Assembly: GCA_051646395.1 (NCBI GenBank)
Contig: JBOFCW010000068.1
Coordinates: forward strand, 1 to 34,316
Direction: 5' to 3'
Source of the DNA: Bacteroidales bacterium
GTDB lineage: Bacteria; Bacteroidota; Bacteroidia; Bacteroidales; JAUNSR01
Length of the DNA stretch: 34,316 nucleotides
Part shown: one piece after another, positions 1 through 8,366 of the stretch
Position numbering within the stretch: the first letter of the stretch is position 1
How the letters are laid out: the number at the start of each line of letters is the position of its first letter
Position numbers and translations under genes: made by a program
The notes under the pieces: generated by a model
Told to the model about the DNA's origin: nothing
The model's database searches: none
The model's input: only the letters and a program-made list of their open reading frames with translations

Positions 1-407
1 GTATTTTCATACCAGGGAACAAAGATGCTTTTATGGAGGTTATTTATCTTGAAAAAGGAAGGGCATTATACGTAATACGGAAATCAGAGCTTGCCTCTGC
101 GGGTAAACAAGGAGCTTATGGTACTTATTCGCAAACTACCTCTGTTACAAGTTATAGCTCATTTTCCAATGAAGCTTCTGGTAGATACAATGATCTGATA
201 ATAAATGAAAAGATTGAAGAGAAAATCGATGATGTTTATTTCTTTAAAATAGATGGGCAACTAGAAAAGTTAACAACACTAAAAAAAATAATATCGATTT
301 ATCCGGATAAAAAAGAAACAATAAAGGAATTTGTTAATAGTAATTATATAAAGGTAGGAAGAGAATCTGATTTATTGATGCTCCTGAATTTTTGCGAAGG
401 ATTTTAA
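1..407 (+). CDS. Hypothetical protein, 5'-truncated by the window edge
   Basis: The frame of ORF 33..407 stays open back to base 3 (IFIPGNKDAF-MEVIY...). It is AT-rich and has no recognisable motif. Confidence 0.6.
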   Translation, partial: IFIPGNKDAFMEVIYLEKGRALYVIRKSELASAGKQGAYGTYSQTTSVTSYSSFSNEASGRYNDLIINEKIEEKIDDVYFFKIDGQLEKLTTLKKIISIYPDKKETIKEFVNSNYIKVGRESDLLMLLNFCEGF

Positions 408-420
408 TCGATATGTTTTT

Positions 421-467
421 AAAAAAGAACAGCTTCCCGGAAATTTTTCAAGGAAGCTGTTTTTTTT
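421..467. terminator. Bidirectional intrinsic terminator between convergent genes
   Basis: Stem AACAGCTTCC (428-437) / GGAAGCTGTT (452-461), with an A-run on the left and a T-run on the right. Confidence 0.85.
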
Positions 468-488
468 AGTAGTGATCGCTTATGTTGA

Positions 489-3400
489 TTACACAACCTC
501 CCGCTCCCGATACTTCGAAGGCGAAAGCCCCGTATGCTGCTTGAACGCGGTGCTGAAGTAGCGCTGGTTGCTGTAGCCGCATAGTCCGGCGATTTCCTGG
601 ATCGGGAGATCGGACTGTTTGAGAAGTGCTCCGGCTTTTGCGATACGCAGTTTGTTGATATAATCGTTCACACTGGTGTCGGTTAGTTGCTTGAGCTTGT
701 TGTATAGTGTGGCCCGGCTCATTCCGATCTCGTCGGTGATGAATTTTACGTCGAGGTCTGAATTGGCGATATTCCTGTTGATGATATCGTTCAGACGGAT
801 GATAAACTGCTCGTCGGTATTTTTAATTTCGATATTTTCTAATTTGGCATGGGCTCCGTATCTTTTGTATCGGGCTTTCATGCTGTTTTTGTTTTTGGCC
901 AGGTTGATGACGCGTGTCTCGAGGATATCCATATCGAACGGTTTCGAAATGTAGATGTCGGCACCGGTCTTATAACTGGTCAGCATACTTTCGGAATCGG
1001 TTTTAGCCGTGAGCAGGACAAACGGGATGTGACAGATGTCGGGATTCTCTTTTACGGCTTTACAAAGCTGTAGCCCGTTCATGCCCGGCATCATGATGTC
1101 GGATATGATCACATCCGGTAGCTCCTGTTTGATCAGGTGTAACGCAGCCTCGCCATTGTCGGCTTCGTAGATGGCTTTGAACTTGTCGCACAACGATTCG
1201 CGGATGAAATTGCGCAGTTCGACCTCATCTTCAACGATCAGAATGGTGTTGTTCATGCTGATTTCTTCCCGGTCGGATTTCTGAAGATCGGCTTCTTTTT
1301 CGAATGCGTCGTTGAGGATCGCTTTTTTGTCGTTTGAATGAAGCTCCGGCGCCAGCGCGATAGGCAGATCGAAAAAGAATGTGGCTCCCGGACCTGACTC
1401 GTTGTTATAGGCTCCGATTTTGCCCTGATGCATTTCAATCAGGTTTTTCGCATATGACAATCCGATTCCGCTTCCTGCGCGGTCGTGGTTTTTACCCTGA
1501 TAAAAGCGGGTAAATAACTTTTCGATATCCGTATTCTTGAGACCGATCCCTTCGTCTTTTACCGCGATGCGGATGTAATCGCCCTCGATGGATGATGAAA
1601 TCATTACGGCTGTTTGCGGGTCGCTGAACTTTAGTGCGTTGACTAATAGGTTCGATAGTACGGTTTCGCAACGGTTGCTGTCGAATGTGAGCCGGTCGAT
1701 TTTGTCATCCAGACGAAAATCGATGTTTATGTTCTTTTCTTCGAATTCATAGGTGAAATCCTGTGCCACCTGCGTGATCCATTCGTTCAGTTTCCGGGTG
1801 TGGAGTTGTAACGGTTCGTCGGCAACTTCCATTTTCCGCAGATCCAATACCATGTTGATGATATTGCGCATCCGTTTGGCTTGTTTATAAATGCCGCTGA
1901 TTGGTTTTTCCATATCGGATGGAAGTGTTTTTTCGTCGAGCATCCTTTTCAGGGGTGCATAGATCAGGGTCAGCGGGGTACGTAGCTCGTGACTGATGTT
2001 GATCAGAAAACGTACTTTTTCTTCGTAAATTTTTTGTTCGTGTTCTTTCATCCGCCATTTCATCCGTATCTCTTTCCGACGTACGATTGCGAATGCGATC
2101 AGTATCATGAGCGCAAAAATGCACGAGAATAAGAATAGCAAGATCCATCTGCTTTTCCACCAGGGAGGAGAGATGATGATGCTCAGAATCTGTTTCGGTT
2201 CGCTCCAGTTGCCATCTGCCGTATTGCAGGCGACGCGGATATCGTATTTGCCGGGTGACAGAGAATGCAATTTAAGGGAGTTGTCATATGATTCTGAAGG
2301 CGCGGCGGCCAGGCCGCTGACCTCGTAGCGAAATATCTTGTTGCGGAAAATATCTTCGTCGGGAGCCATGCTTTTGACAATCAGGGTGGAGTAGTTCCAG
2401 GGAATACGAATCACGGGCTCCTCGGGTGCAATTTTTTCGTACATCGAGTTGCCGTTGAGTATAACATCTGTCAGATTCACGACCGGGCTTTCCGTTACGG
2501 CATGTAGCGGAATCTCTTTGATGCGGGCCAGTCCCATTACTCCGCCCATGTAAACATCGCCTGCTTCGGAGCAAAGTACCGGCTTGTTGAGGAACTCATT
2601 GGGATAAACTCCTTCTGATTCATCAAGGATAGAAAATCGATTTTCCAGGGGATGGTAGGCGAAAAGCATGCCCCGTGCTGCAATCCAGATGCGGTTGTTG
2701 AAGTCGCGGATCAGCGCGGATACCTCATGAAAGAGGTTTGTGTTGATTTTGGCGCTAATGCCGGTTTTCGGGTGAAAACTATACAACCCGCCGGATGTGC
2801 CGACCCAGAATATCCCGTTGTCGTAGGTGACGGCATTTATGATCCCTTGTTCGCGGGTGAAGGTAGCGATCGGCGAAATCGTATTTCCGTCATGATTTAA
2901 TACGAACAGGTTGCGCTGCCCGAACAGATATGACTGCCCTTCGATCAGGCAGATGTTTTGTAGTGATGAAGTGGAAATATAGCGTCGTGCCTTCAGTTTG
3001 GCAATCCGGAATCTTTGTTCTTTCGGGTGATAGGTATAAACATTGTCGGCCAGAAACAGAAACCTGTCGTCAGAGATGCGTGCCATGTTTACGGAGTTGC
3101 TCGAACGGCAAATCCGTTTATTGTCTGTTTCACTTAATAACAGGAAGGGAGTTGTCTTTCCCGTTTCTTTGTTGAACAGAAAGACCCCTTTGCTGAAAAA
3201 TGAAACCATCAGTTCGGTTTTGCTGTAATTGATGATGCTCGCTACTTTTTCTTTATAAGTAGAAGGGTAATGTAAAAACGTTTCGGTTGCGGGGTCGAAT
3301 CGGTTTATCCCTCCTCCATCAGTCCCGATCCAGATATGCTTGTTGTCTTCGCATACTGAAAGTATCGTTTTTTCACTCAATCCGTAAGGACTGTTCAAGG

Positions 3401-4412
3401 CTACGTCTTTATAGGTTTTTACAAAAACTTTCTTGATTCCGATCAGACCGCCGCGAATCGTTCCCGCCCACATGTTATTTTGCGGATCTTTGTAAAGTTT
3501 TGAAATGGCATTGACCGGAAAGGAATAGATATCGCCCGGAATCGGTTCGATTACTGAAAACGACTCTGATTTCGGATCAAGAATGCTGATACCGCCTCCG
3601 TCGGTAGCGAACCAGATTTCTCCGTCTTTTTCTTCGATGTCGAGAATGATATCGTTGCTTAAGCCGGAATTGGATGTATCGTATGTTTTGATCAGATTAC
3701 CGCCAGCATCATAACAAAATACGCCATTGCCATAGGGGGAAATCCATATTTGTTTTTGCGAGTCGACAAACAGCGCGATGATATTTCTGTCTGTATAGAA
3801 ATCTACAGGTTTCATCGTCTGTTCTTCCGGATAATAATACCACAAGCCGAACCAGCGACTGCCGATAAGCATGCGCCCTTCGTCCAGCGGATGGATGGAG
3901 TTGAAAAATACCGATGGGTTTTTTTCTATCCGGACAGGGAGTTGCCGGATGATGCGTGAAGCATAGTCGTAAAAAAACAGTCCCTCTTTTCCACAAAACA
4001 AGATACCCTCTTTTTGAAAATGAAAATCGCCGGCGAAAACTTTGTCTCCGTCTATATATAATGTTTCAAACGCATCTTTCGACCGGTTATAAAGAGCAAG
4101 CCCCTGGTTGGTCGAGATCCATAGATTTTGTCTTTCATCTTCGGTGATGAAGGTGATTCTGTTGCCCGGAAGCGAACCCGAATCACCAGGGTGGTGCATG
4201 AACGTTTTGAGTTCTTGTTGATCGTACCGGTTGAGTCCGGATTTCGTACCCAGCCAGATGTATCCCTGATGATCTTTTACGACACTTTGTACGGTCGATT
4301 GTGTAAGACCGTTTTCCAGGGAAATCTGCTTGAAGTAAAAATAATCAGAAGAAGACCCGCGCAGTGTGAAAGAAACGAGCAGTAAAACCAGGGTTAGAAG
4401 GTGTACCCGCAT
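489..4412 (-). CDS. Hybrid two-component system (HTCS) sensor kinase/response regulator of the PUL
   Basis: Signal peptide, repeated beta-propeller motifs (IWLGT..GL, IWIGTDGGG), Y_Y_Y-like region, TM helix after PPWWKS, HisKA (NISHELRTPLTLI), HATPase (DEGIG, GSGIGL), receiver (ILIVEDE, DIMMPGMNG) and AraC HTH (CGYSNQRYFSTAFK). ATG at 4412 is preferred to TTG at 4442. Confidence 0.95.
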   Translation of the reverse strand: MRVHLLTLVLLLVSFTLRGSSSDYFYFKQISLENGLTQSTVQSVVKDHQGYIWLGTKSGLNRYDQQELKTFMHHPGDSGSLPGNRITFITEDERQNLWISTNQGLALYNRSKDAFETLYIDGDKVFAGDFHFQKEGILFCGKEGLFFYDYASRIIRQLPVRIEKNPSVFFNSIHPLDEGRMLIGSRWFGLWYYYPEEQTMKPVDFYTDRNIIALFVDSQKQIWISPYGNGVFCYDAGGNLIKTYDTSNSGLSNDIILDIEEKDGEIWFATDGGGISILDPKSESFSVIEPIPGDIYSFPVNAISKLYKDPQNNMWAGTIRGGLIGIKKVFVKTYKDVALNSPYGLSEKTILSVCEDNKHIWIGTDGGGINRFDPATETFLHYPSTYKEKVASIINYSKTELMVSFFSKGVFLFNKETGKTTPFLLLSETDNKRICRSSNSVNMARISDDRFLFLADNVYTYHPKEQRFRIAKLKARRYISTSSLQNICLIEGQSYLFGQRNLFVLNHDGNTISPIATFTREQGIINAVTYDNGIFWVGTSGGLYSFHPKTGISAKINTNLFHEVSALIRDFNNRIWIAARGMLFAYHPLENRFSILDESEGVYPNEFLNKPVLCSEAGDVYMGGVMGLARIKEIPLHAVTESPVVNLTDVILNGNSMYEKIAPEEPVIRIPWNYSTLIVKSMAPDEDIFRNKIFRYEVSGLAAAPSESYDNSLKLHSLSPGKYDIRVACNTADGNWSEPKQILSIIISPPWWKSRWILLFLFSCIFALMILIAFAIVRRKEIRMKWRMKEHEQKIYEEKVRFLINISHELRTPLTLIYAPLKRMLDEKTLPSDMEKPISGIYKQAKRMRNIINMVLDLRKMEVADEPLQLHTRKLNEWITQVAQDFTYEFEEKNINIDFRLDDKIDRLTFDSNRCETVLSNLLVNALKFSDPQTAVMISSSIEGDYIRIAVKDEGIGLKNTDIEKLFTRFYQGKNHDRAGSGIGLSYAKNLIEMHQGKIGAYNNESGPGATFFFDLPIALAPELHSNDKKAILNDAFEKEADLQKSDREEISMNNTILIVEDEVELRNFIRESLCDKFKAIYEADNGEAALHLIKQELPDVIISDIMMPGMNGLQLCKAVKENPDICHIPFVLLTAKTDSESMLTSYKTGADIYISKPFDMDILETRVINLAKNKNSMKARYKRYGAHAKLENIEIKNTDEQFIIRLNDIINRNIANSDLDVKFITDEIGMSRATLYNKLKQLTDTSVNDYINKLRIAKAGALLKQSDLPIQEIAGLCGYSNQRYFSTAFKQHTGLSPSKYREREVV

Positions 4413-4466
4413 AGCTGTTAAAACATGTGATGATTGATTCAATTTTAAGATTTCTCTTTAAAAATT

Positions 4467-4474
4467 CAAATATA
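4467..4474 (-). promoter_or_regulatory. Bacteroidetes -7 promoter box for the HTCS gene
   Basis: TATATTTG on the minus strand matches TAnnTTTG, about 55 nt upstream of the ATG. Confidence 0.6.
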
Positions 4475-4546
4475 ATAGGAAGGGCCTCTTTTTGGTTATT
4501 CTGATAATCTTTTTTATGTAAAAATGGATGTTAACCCGGTTTGCAT

Positions 4547-4590
4547 GTTCGAAATCGTATCAAAATAGGTTCGAAATTGTCTGAAATATG
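4547..4590 (+). promoter_or_regulatory. Candidate HTCS (AraC-type) operator: direct repeat with 22-bp period
   Basis: GTTCGAAATCGT (4547-4558) and GTTCGAAATTGT (4569-4580) are 11/12 identical and lie in the divergent intergenic region. Confidence 0.6.
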
Positions 4591-4663
4591 CATCCTGTTA
4601 GCTGTTTGGACAATTACGAAAGTATTACAAACGGAAAAGAACAAGGGTCTGGATCGGGAGCTC

Positions 4664-4671
4664 TATTTTTG
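4664..4671 (+). promoter_or_regulatory. Candidate -7 box for the main PUL operon
   Basis: TATTTTTG matches TAnnTTTG. There is no clear -33 TTTG at the expected spacing. A small hairpin follows (ACCGG 4686-4690 / CCGGT 4697-4701). Confidence 0.4.
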
Positions 4672-4727
4672 AACCAAACCAGATGACCGGGTATTTCCGG
4701 TACATGTCAAACACAAAAAAAGTTATC

Positions 4728-5678
4728 ATGAAAAGAAATCTACTATTTGTAACGATGGCGACTTGCATGAGTCTTTCTACCGTTAATGCGGAAAATGTAA
4801 CGCCTTCAAATTTCTTGTTTAAGAATCTTCCGATCGGGAAATTCCAGATTACGAATGCGGGTTCAGGTGCGAATCCGAATGTTGATTTAGATACCCCCGG
4901 AGATGTAGTAATAGCTTGCGGCCCGGGTGCTGCCGATAAGTTAATTCCAGTTGTGAAAAATTGTGCTTGCATCGTCGGTAGCAAATGGGGAAATCTTTTG
5001 ATGGTCAAAGGACAGGATTCATCGGTAGAAGAAGGTATCGCCACCCCTGGGTCATTGAATACAGGTTGGTGGAGCATTAATTTTATCGGACCGAAAAGTA
5101 TTGCGTCGCAAAAGTATCGTGGAACGGTTCAGATAAAAGTTGTGGCCGATGTTGCTGACGAAAGTAAACTGATCGATGTAAATTATGTTACAGGAGGTGG
5201 AAATAATCAGTCACTACCCGGACAAGCCAGGGATGTTCTTGCTTTTGGTGACACAGGGTGGTATCAAGCTCAGCTTGAGGGAACAGTAGGTACTACAGAT
5301 CCTGCGCGTTTTCGTGTCCAGATACCGGGAGGAGCGATGGATAAATCGGCTCTCTATATATATGAAGTGCGTTTTGAGAAAAATCCGACAGAACCAATAT
5401 ATAACTCACCGAATGATGGTACACCCGGATCTGATGCTCCGATTGGTGCTGTAGAGACTTCTTTGAATGACTTTGCGAACCACAAAGGTGCTTTCGTAAC
5501 CTGGGAAAAAGGAATGATCTATATTAATGAAGCCGCCGGCAAATCAGTTGTCGTTTATACGGTTTCAGGACAGAAAGTGAAAGAATTCACGGCTGGTTCG
5601 GATTTCGAATCATTGACGTTGGCTTCAGGTATTTACCTGGTTTGTGTTGACGGACAAACGACGAAAGTGGCATTGTAA
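4728..5678 (+). CDS. Secreted protein of unknown function with a T9SS-type C-terminal sorting domain
   Basis: Signal peptide MKRNLLFVTMATCMSLSTVNA, beta-rich core, Pro/Thr/Gly linker, and a C-terminus (VVVYTVSGQKV...LASGIYLVCVDGQTTKVAL) typical of T9SS CTDs. Start moved from 4683 to ATG 4728. Confidence 0.8.
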   Translation: MKRNLLFVTMATCMSLSTVNAENVTPSNFLFKNLPIGKFQITNAGSGANPNVDLDTPGDVVIACGPGAADKLIPVVKNCACIVGSKWGNLLMVKGQDSSVEEGIATPGSLNTGWWSINFIGPKSIASQKYRGTVQIKVVADVADESKLIDVNYVTGGGNNQSLPGQARDVLAFGDTGWYQAQLEGTVGTTDPARFRVQIPGGAMDKSALYIYEVRFEKNPTEPIYNSPNDGTPGSDAPIGAVETSLNDFANHKGAFVTWEKGMIYINEAAGKSVVVYTVSGQKVKEFTAGSDFESLTLASGIYLVCVDGQTTKVAL

Positions 5679-5690
5679 ATACATATAAAG

Positions 5691-5709
5691 GGGGGATGAA
5701 AATTCCCCC
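5691..5709 (+). other. Intra-operon stem-loop without U-tract
   Basis: GGGGGA-TGAAAAT-TCCCCC, 12 nt after the stop of the first operon gene. Confidence 0.5.
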
Positions 5710-5772
5710 GAAATAATTCATCACTAACAGAAAAACACACCCGATACGAAAGGGGAATTAAATCATATCCTT

Positions 5773-8331
5773 ATGAAGATCAGAAATCTACTTTTACTGC
5801 TTTGTCTGAGTTCGGCAAGCGTGAATACACTAAAAGCACAAACCACGAATTATGCCTTGCGTCTGAACGGACAGCAGGCCGTTACTTGCGGTTCTATCGA
5901 TGAGTTGGCCGGAAGTACAAGTTATTCGGTACAGTTTATGGTTGCCCCCGACAACTGGTCTTCTTCTTCGTATATTTATCGTGCAGGATCAGGCTCGGAT
6001 GAATTTTCAGCCAGACTGTCTTCTGTCAACGGTGAAATCCTTTTCAAATCCGGAAATAAAGAGTTCGCTCTGGGAAATATCAAAGTGAACGGGTGGAGTC
6101 AGGTGACTCTGATCGTATCGCCGGAAATGATTCAGGCCTGGGTAAATGGTGTTAAATCTGAAATTGCGACTTCCGATTTTGCCGCTCCGGCTCAGTTAGG
6201 CAATTTTCAGATCGGTTCGGGTTTTACCGGACGGGTGGATGAATTCCGATTGTGGAATGCAGCCCTGAATACATCGGATACCGACTATCTTTTGTTACAA
6301 AATACGGTGAATAAGTTTCATCCGCAGTGGGAAAACCTGGTGGTATATTATAAATTCGATCAGGACCAGTGCGCAGACAACATCGTCGATTATAAGTTTA
6401 CACACCATGGATCGATGGGTTCGGCTATTTTACGCGAACCGGTTCGTGACAACGATTATTTCCGTTACCGTGTGGTAAGCGGATATTCCGATTTCAACCG
6501 TCATTGCGACCGTGTTCAAATCGATCGGGATATGCACTTGCTGACCAATGACCTGATCATTCTGAATGCGAAGGTGGATGGTTATACGGGCGAAATATCG
6601 ATGAATGCCCCGGATAACGGCGTATTCACAGGTGGATATAATCACCTGGATGCTTTCGATGGACGCAAGGGGGTGATGAACTTCGACGGAACGGGAGTTA
6701 TGAACCTGGGTGATCATGTTGTCATACCCGGTAGTCCGGCTGGTAACGCTTTGACTTTCGAAGGATGGTTCAATATCTCCGAATGGAAAGAGGGTGCTTA
6801 TCTGTTTAAAAAACAGGAGAGTGAATTCAAACGGATGAATATTCGTTTGGGTAATGCCGAAAAAAAAGAACTGATTATCGAAGCGGGAGGCTGGACGGCT
6901 GTTTTTGCAGGCGGAATGGCTAACATAAATAAATGGGATCATTTGGCCGTAGTGGTAAATCCGGGTTCAACGCGTAGCCCATTTAGCTTATATGTTAATA
7001 ATGTAGCTTTGCCGAAGCCGGTTGTGACTAAAGTTGACGGTTCTAATACATTCGAAATCATGAACATCAATGCCGAAGGAACGATCGGGGAATCATTCAA
7101 CGGAAAGATCGATAACATCATGATGTGGCGACAGGCGAAATCCAGCTTTGCGGCAACGATGAACGAAACGGCCAATGAGTTGAAATTCCCGGGCGGAGGT
7201 GACGGTTCTATTTACCTCGACGCTTATTTACGCTTCGATGATCCGGGCGATCCGGGATTGAATCTGAAGGGATGGAAGGGAATGCTGAAACAGATCAAAG
7301 ATCAATATGCGGGGCATCGTGGTTATATGATCCGTCTGGGGCTGATTACTTCTACGTCTTATCCCGGTGGTGGTAAAGTTTGGCCCGATTATATCGGAAA
7401 ACCCGAATGGCGCGCGAATCTGGCCAAAGGGGTAGAGAAACTGATTCCATATTGTGACGGAATCGATGTCGATTTCGAGTGGTTAGACAATAACGTGAAC
7501 AATCCGAAATGGGTTTCGTATGGCGAAATGGTGAAAAGCCTGCGTAAGGTTGTTCCGAACGATAAGGTTTTAAGTGTTTCTTTGCATCCTGTTTCATATA
7601 CGATGCCGACAAATCCGGAAGTGCTTGATGCGATCGACTTCATAACATATCAAAACTATGGACCCCGACCTACGAGCCTTTATTATGATGCTTATCAGAA
7701 ATTCTTCACTCAGGCATTGAATTACGGTATTCCTGCTGAAAAAATTCGCTTGTCGATGGCTACTACGATTGTACGGGCTGACAACAGTGGAAAAAACGTG
7801 AGCGGGTATAAGAACCTGGATTTTACGAACATCACTGCTGATACGAATACAGCACAGTATGCGGGTTATGAATATACTTTCAACGGCGTAAACGAAGTGA
7901 AAAAGAAAATGCGCCTGTTGGTAGAGAAAAATAGCGGTGGTTGTATGTACTTCGACATGGGGAATGACCTGTCTGTACAGAAAGAGCTTTCTTTGATCCG
8001 GGCTCTGAATACGGTGATCGCCTCGAATGTGGACACGTTGGTTACGAAAGTTCCACCCGTTACCGGTATTCAGGAAACGACCACTGATCGTAAAGAGAAA
8101 ATCACGGTATTTCCGAACCCAACGAAAGATTTCATCACCGTAAAAGGTAATATCGGCGGGGTTGCTCCCGTTAAATATGAGATTTGTTCGATGAAAGGGG
8201 AGTTGGTTGCGAAAGCGATTTTGCCTGATTCAATGATTATTTCTCTTGAAAATCTTCCTTCGGGGACTTATTTTTTACGCTTATTCAATTCAGAATCATC
8301 ACATACGGAGAAAATCCAAATCAAAAACTAA
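5773..8331 (+). CDS. GH18 family glycoside hydrolase with two LamG/concanavalin-like domains and a T9SS type A CTD
   Basis: Catalytic DxxDxDxE motif (DGIDVDFE, Glu569 at 7477). LamG signatures FTGRVDEFRLW and WDHLAVV...FNGKIDNIMMW. CTD VFPNPTKDFITV...LPSGTYFLRL...KIQIKN. Signal peptide present. Confidence 0.88.
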   Translation: MKIRNLLLLLCLSSASVNTLKAQTTNYALRLNGQQAVTCGSIDELAGSTSYSVQFMVAPDNWSSSSYIYRAGSGSDEFSARLSSVNGEILFKSGNKEFALGNIKVNGWSQVTLIVSPEMIQAWVNGVKSEIATSDFAAPAQLGNFQIGSGFTGRVDEFRLWNAALNTSDTDYLLLQNTVNKFHPQWENLVVYYKFDQDQCADNIVDYKFTHHGSMGSAILREPVRDNDYFRYRVVSGYSDFNRHCDRVQIDRDMHLLTNDLIILNAKVDGYTGEISMNAPDNGVFTGGYNHLDAFDGRKGVMNFDGTGVMNLGDHVVIPGSPAGNALTFEGWFNISEWKEGAYLFKKQESEFKRMNIRLGNAEKKELIIEAGGWTAVFAGGMANINKWDHLAVVVNPGSTRSPFSLYVNNVALPKPVVTKVDGSNTFEIMNINAEGTIGESFNGKIDNIMMWRQAKSSFAATMNETANELKFPGGGDGSIYLDAYLRFDDPGDPGLNLKGWKGMLKQIKDQYAGHRGYMIRLGLITSTSYPGGGKVWPDYIGKPEWRANLAKGVEKLIPYCDGIDVDFEWLDNNVNNPKWVSYGEMVKSLRKVVPNDKVLSVSLHPVSYTMPTNPEVLDAIDFITYQNYGPRPTSLYYDAYQKFFTQALNYGIPAEKIRLSMATTIVRADNSGKNVSGYKNLDFTNITADTNTAQYAGYEYTFNGVNEVKKKMRLLVEKNSGGCMYFDMGNDLSVQKELSLIRALNTVIASNVDTLVTKVPPVTGIQETTTDRKEKITVFPNPTKDFITVKGNIGGVAPVKYEICSMKGELVAKAILPDSMIISLENLPSGTYFLRLFNSESSHTEKIQIKN

Positions 8332-8366
8332 CCTGAACAAACACGAATTACTTAAATATCAAATCT

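Noticed and set aside
676-4385. Many short ORFs overlapping the HTCS gene
   Set aside because: Shadow frames inside a well-supported long CDS, with no motifs.
4625-5077. 150-aa minus-strand ORF
   Set aside because: Antisense to the secreted protein gene and has no recognisable features.
5773-8331. Calling the locus a chitin utilization system because of GH18 plus GH20
   Set aside because: Three sulfatases, a fucosidase and galactosidases are not needed for chitin, and chitinase-typical residues are missing.
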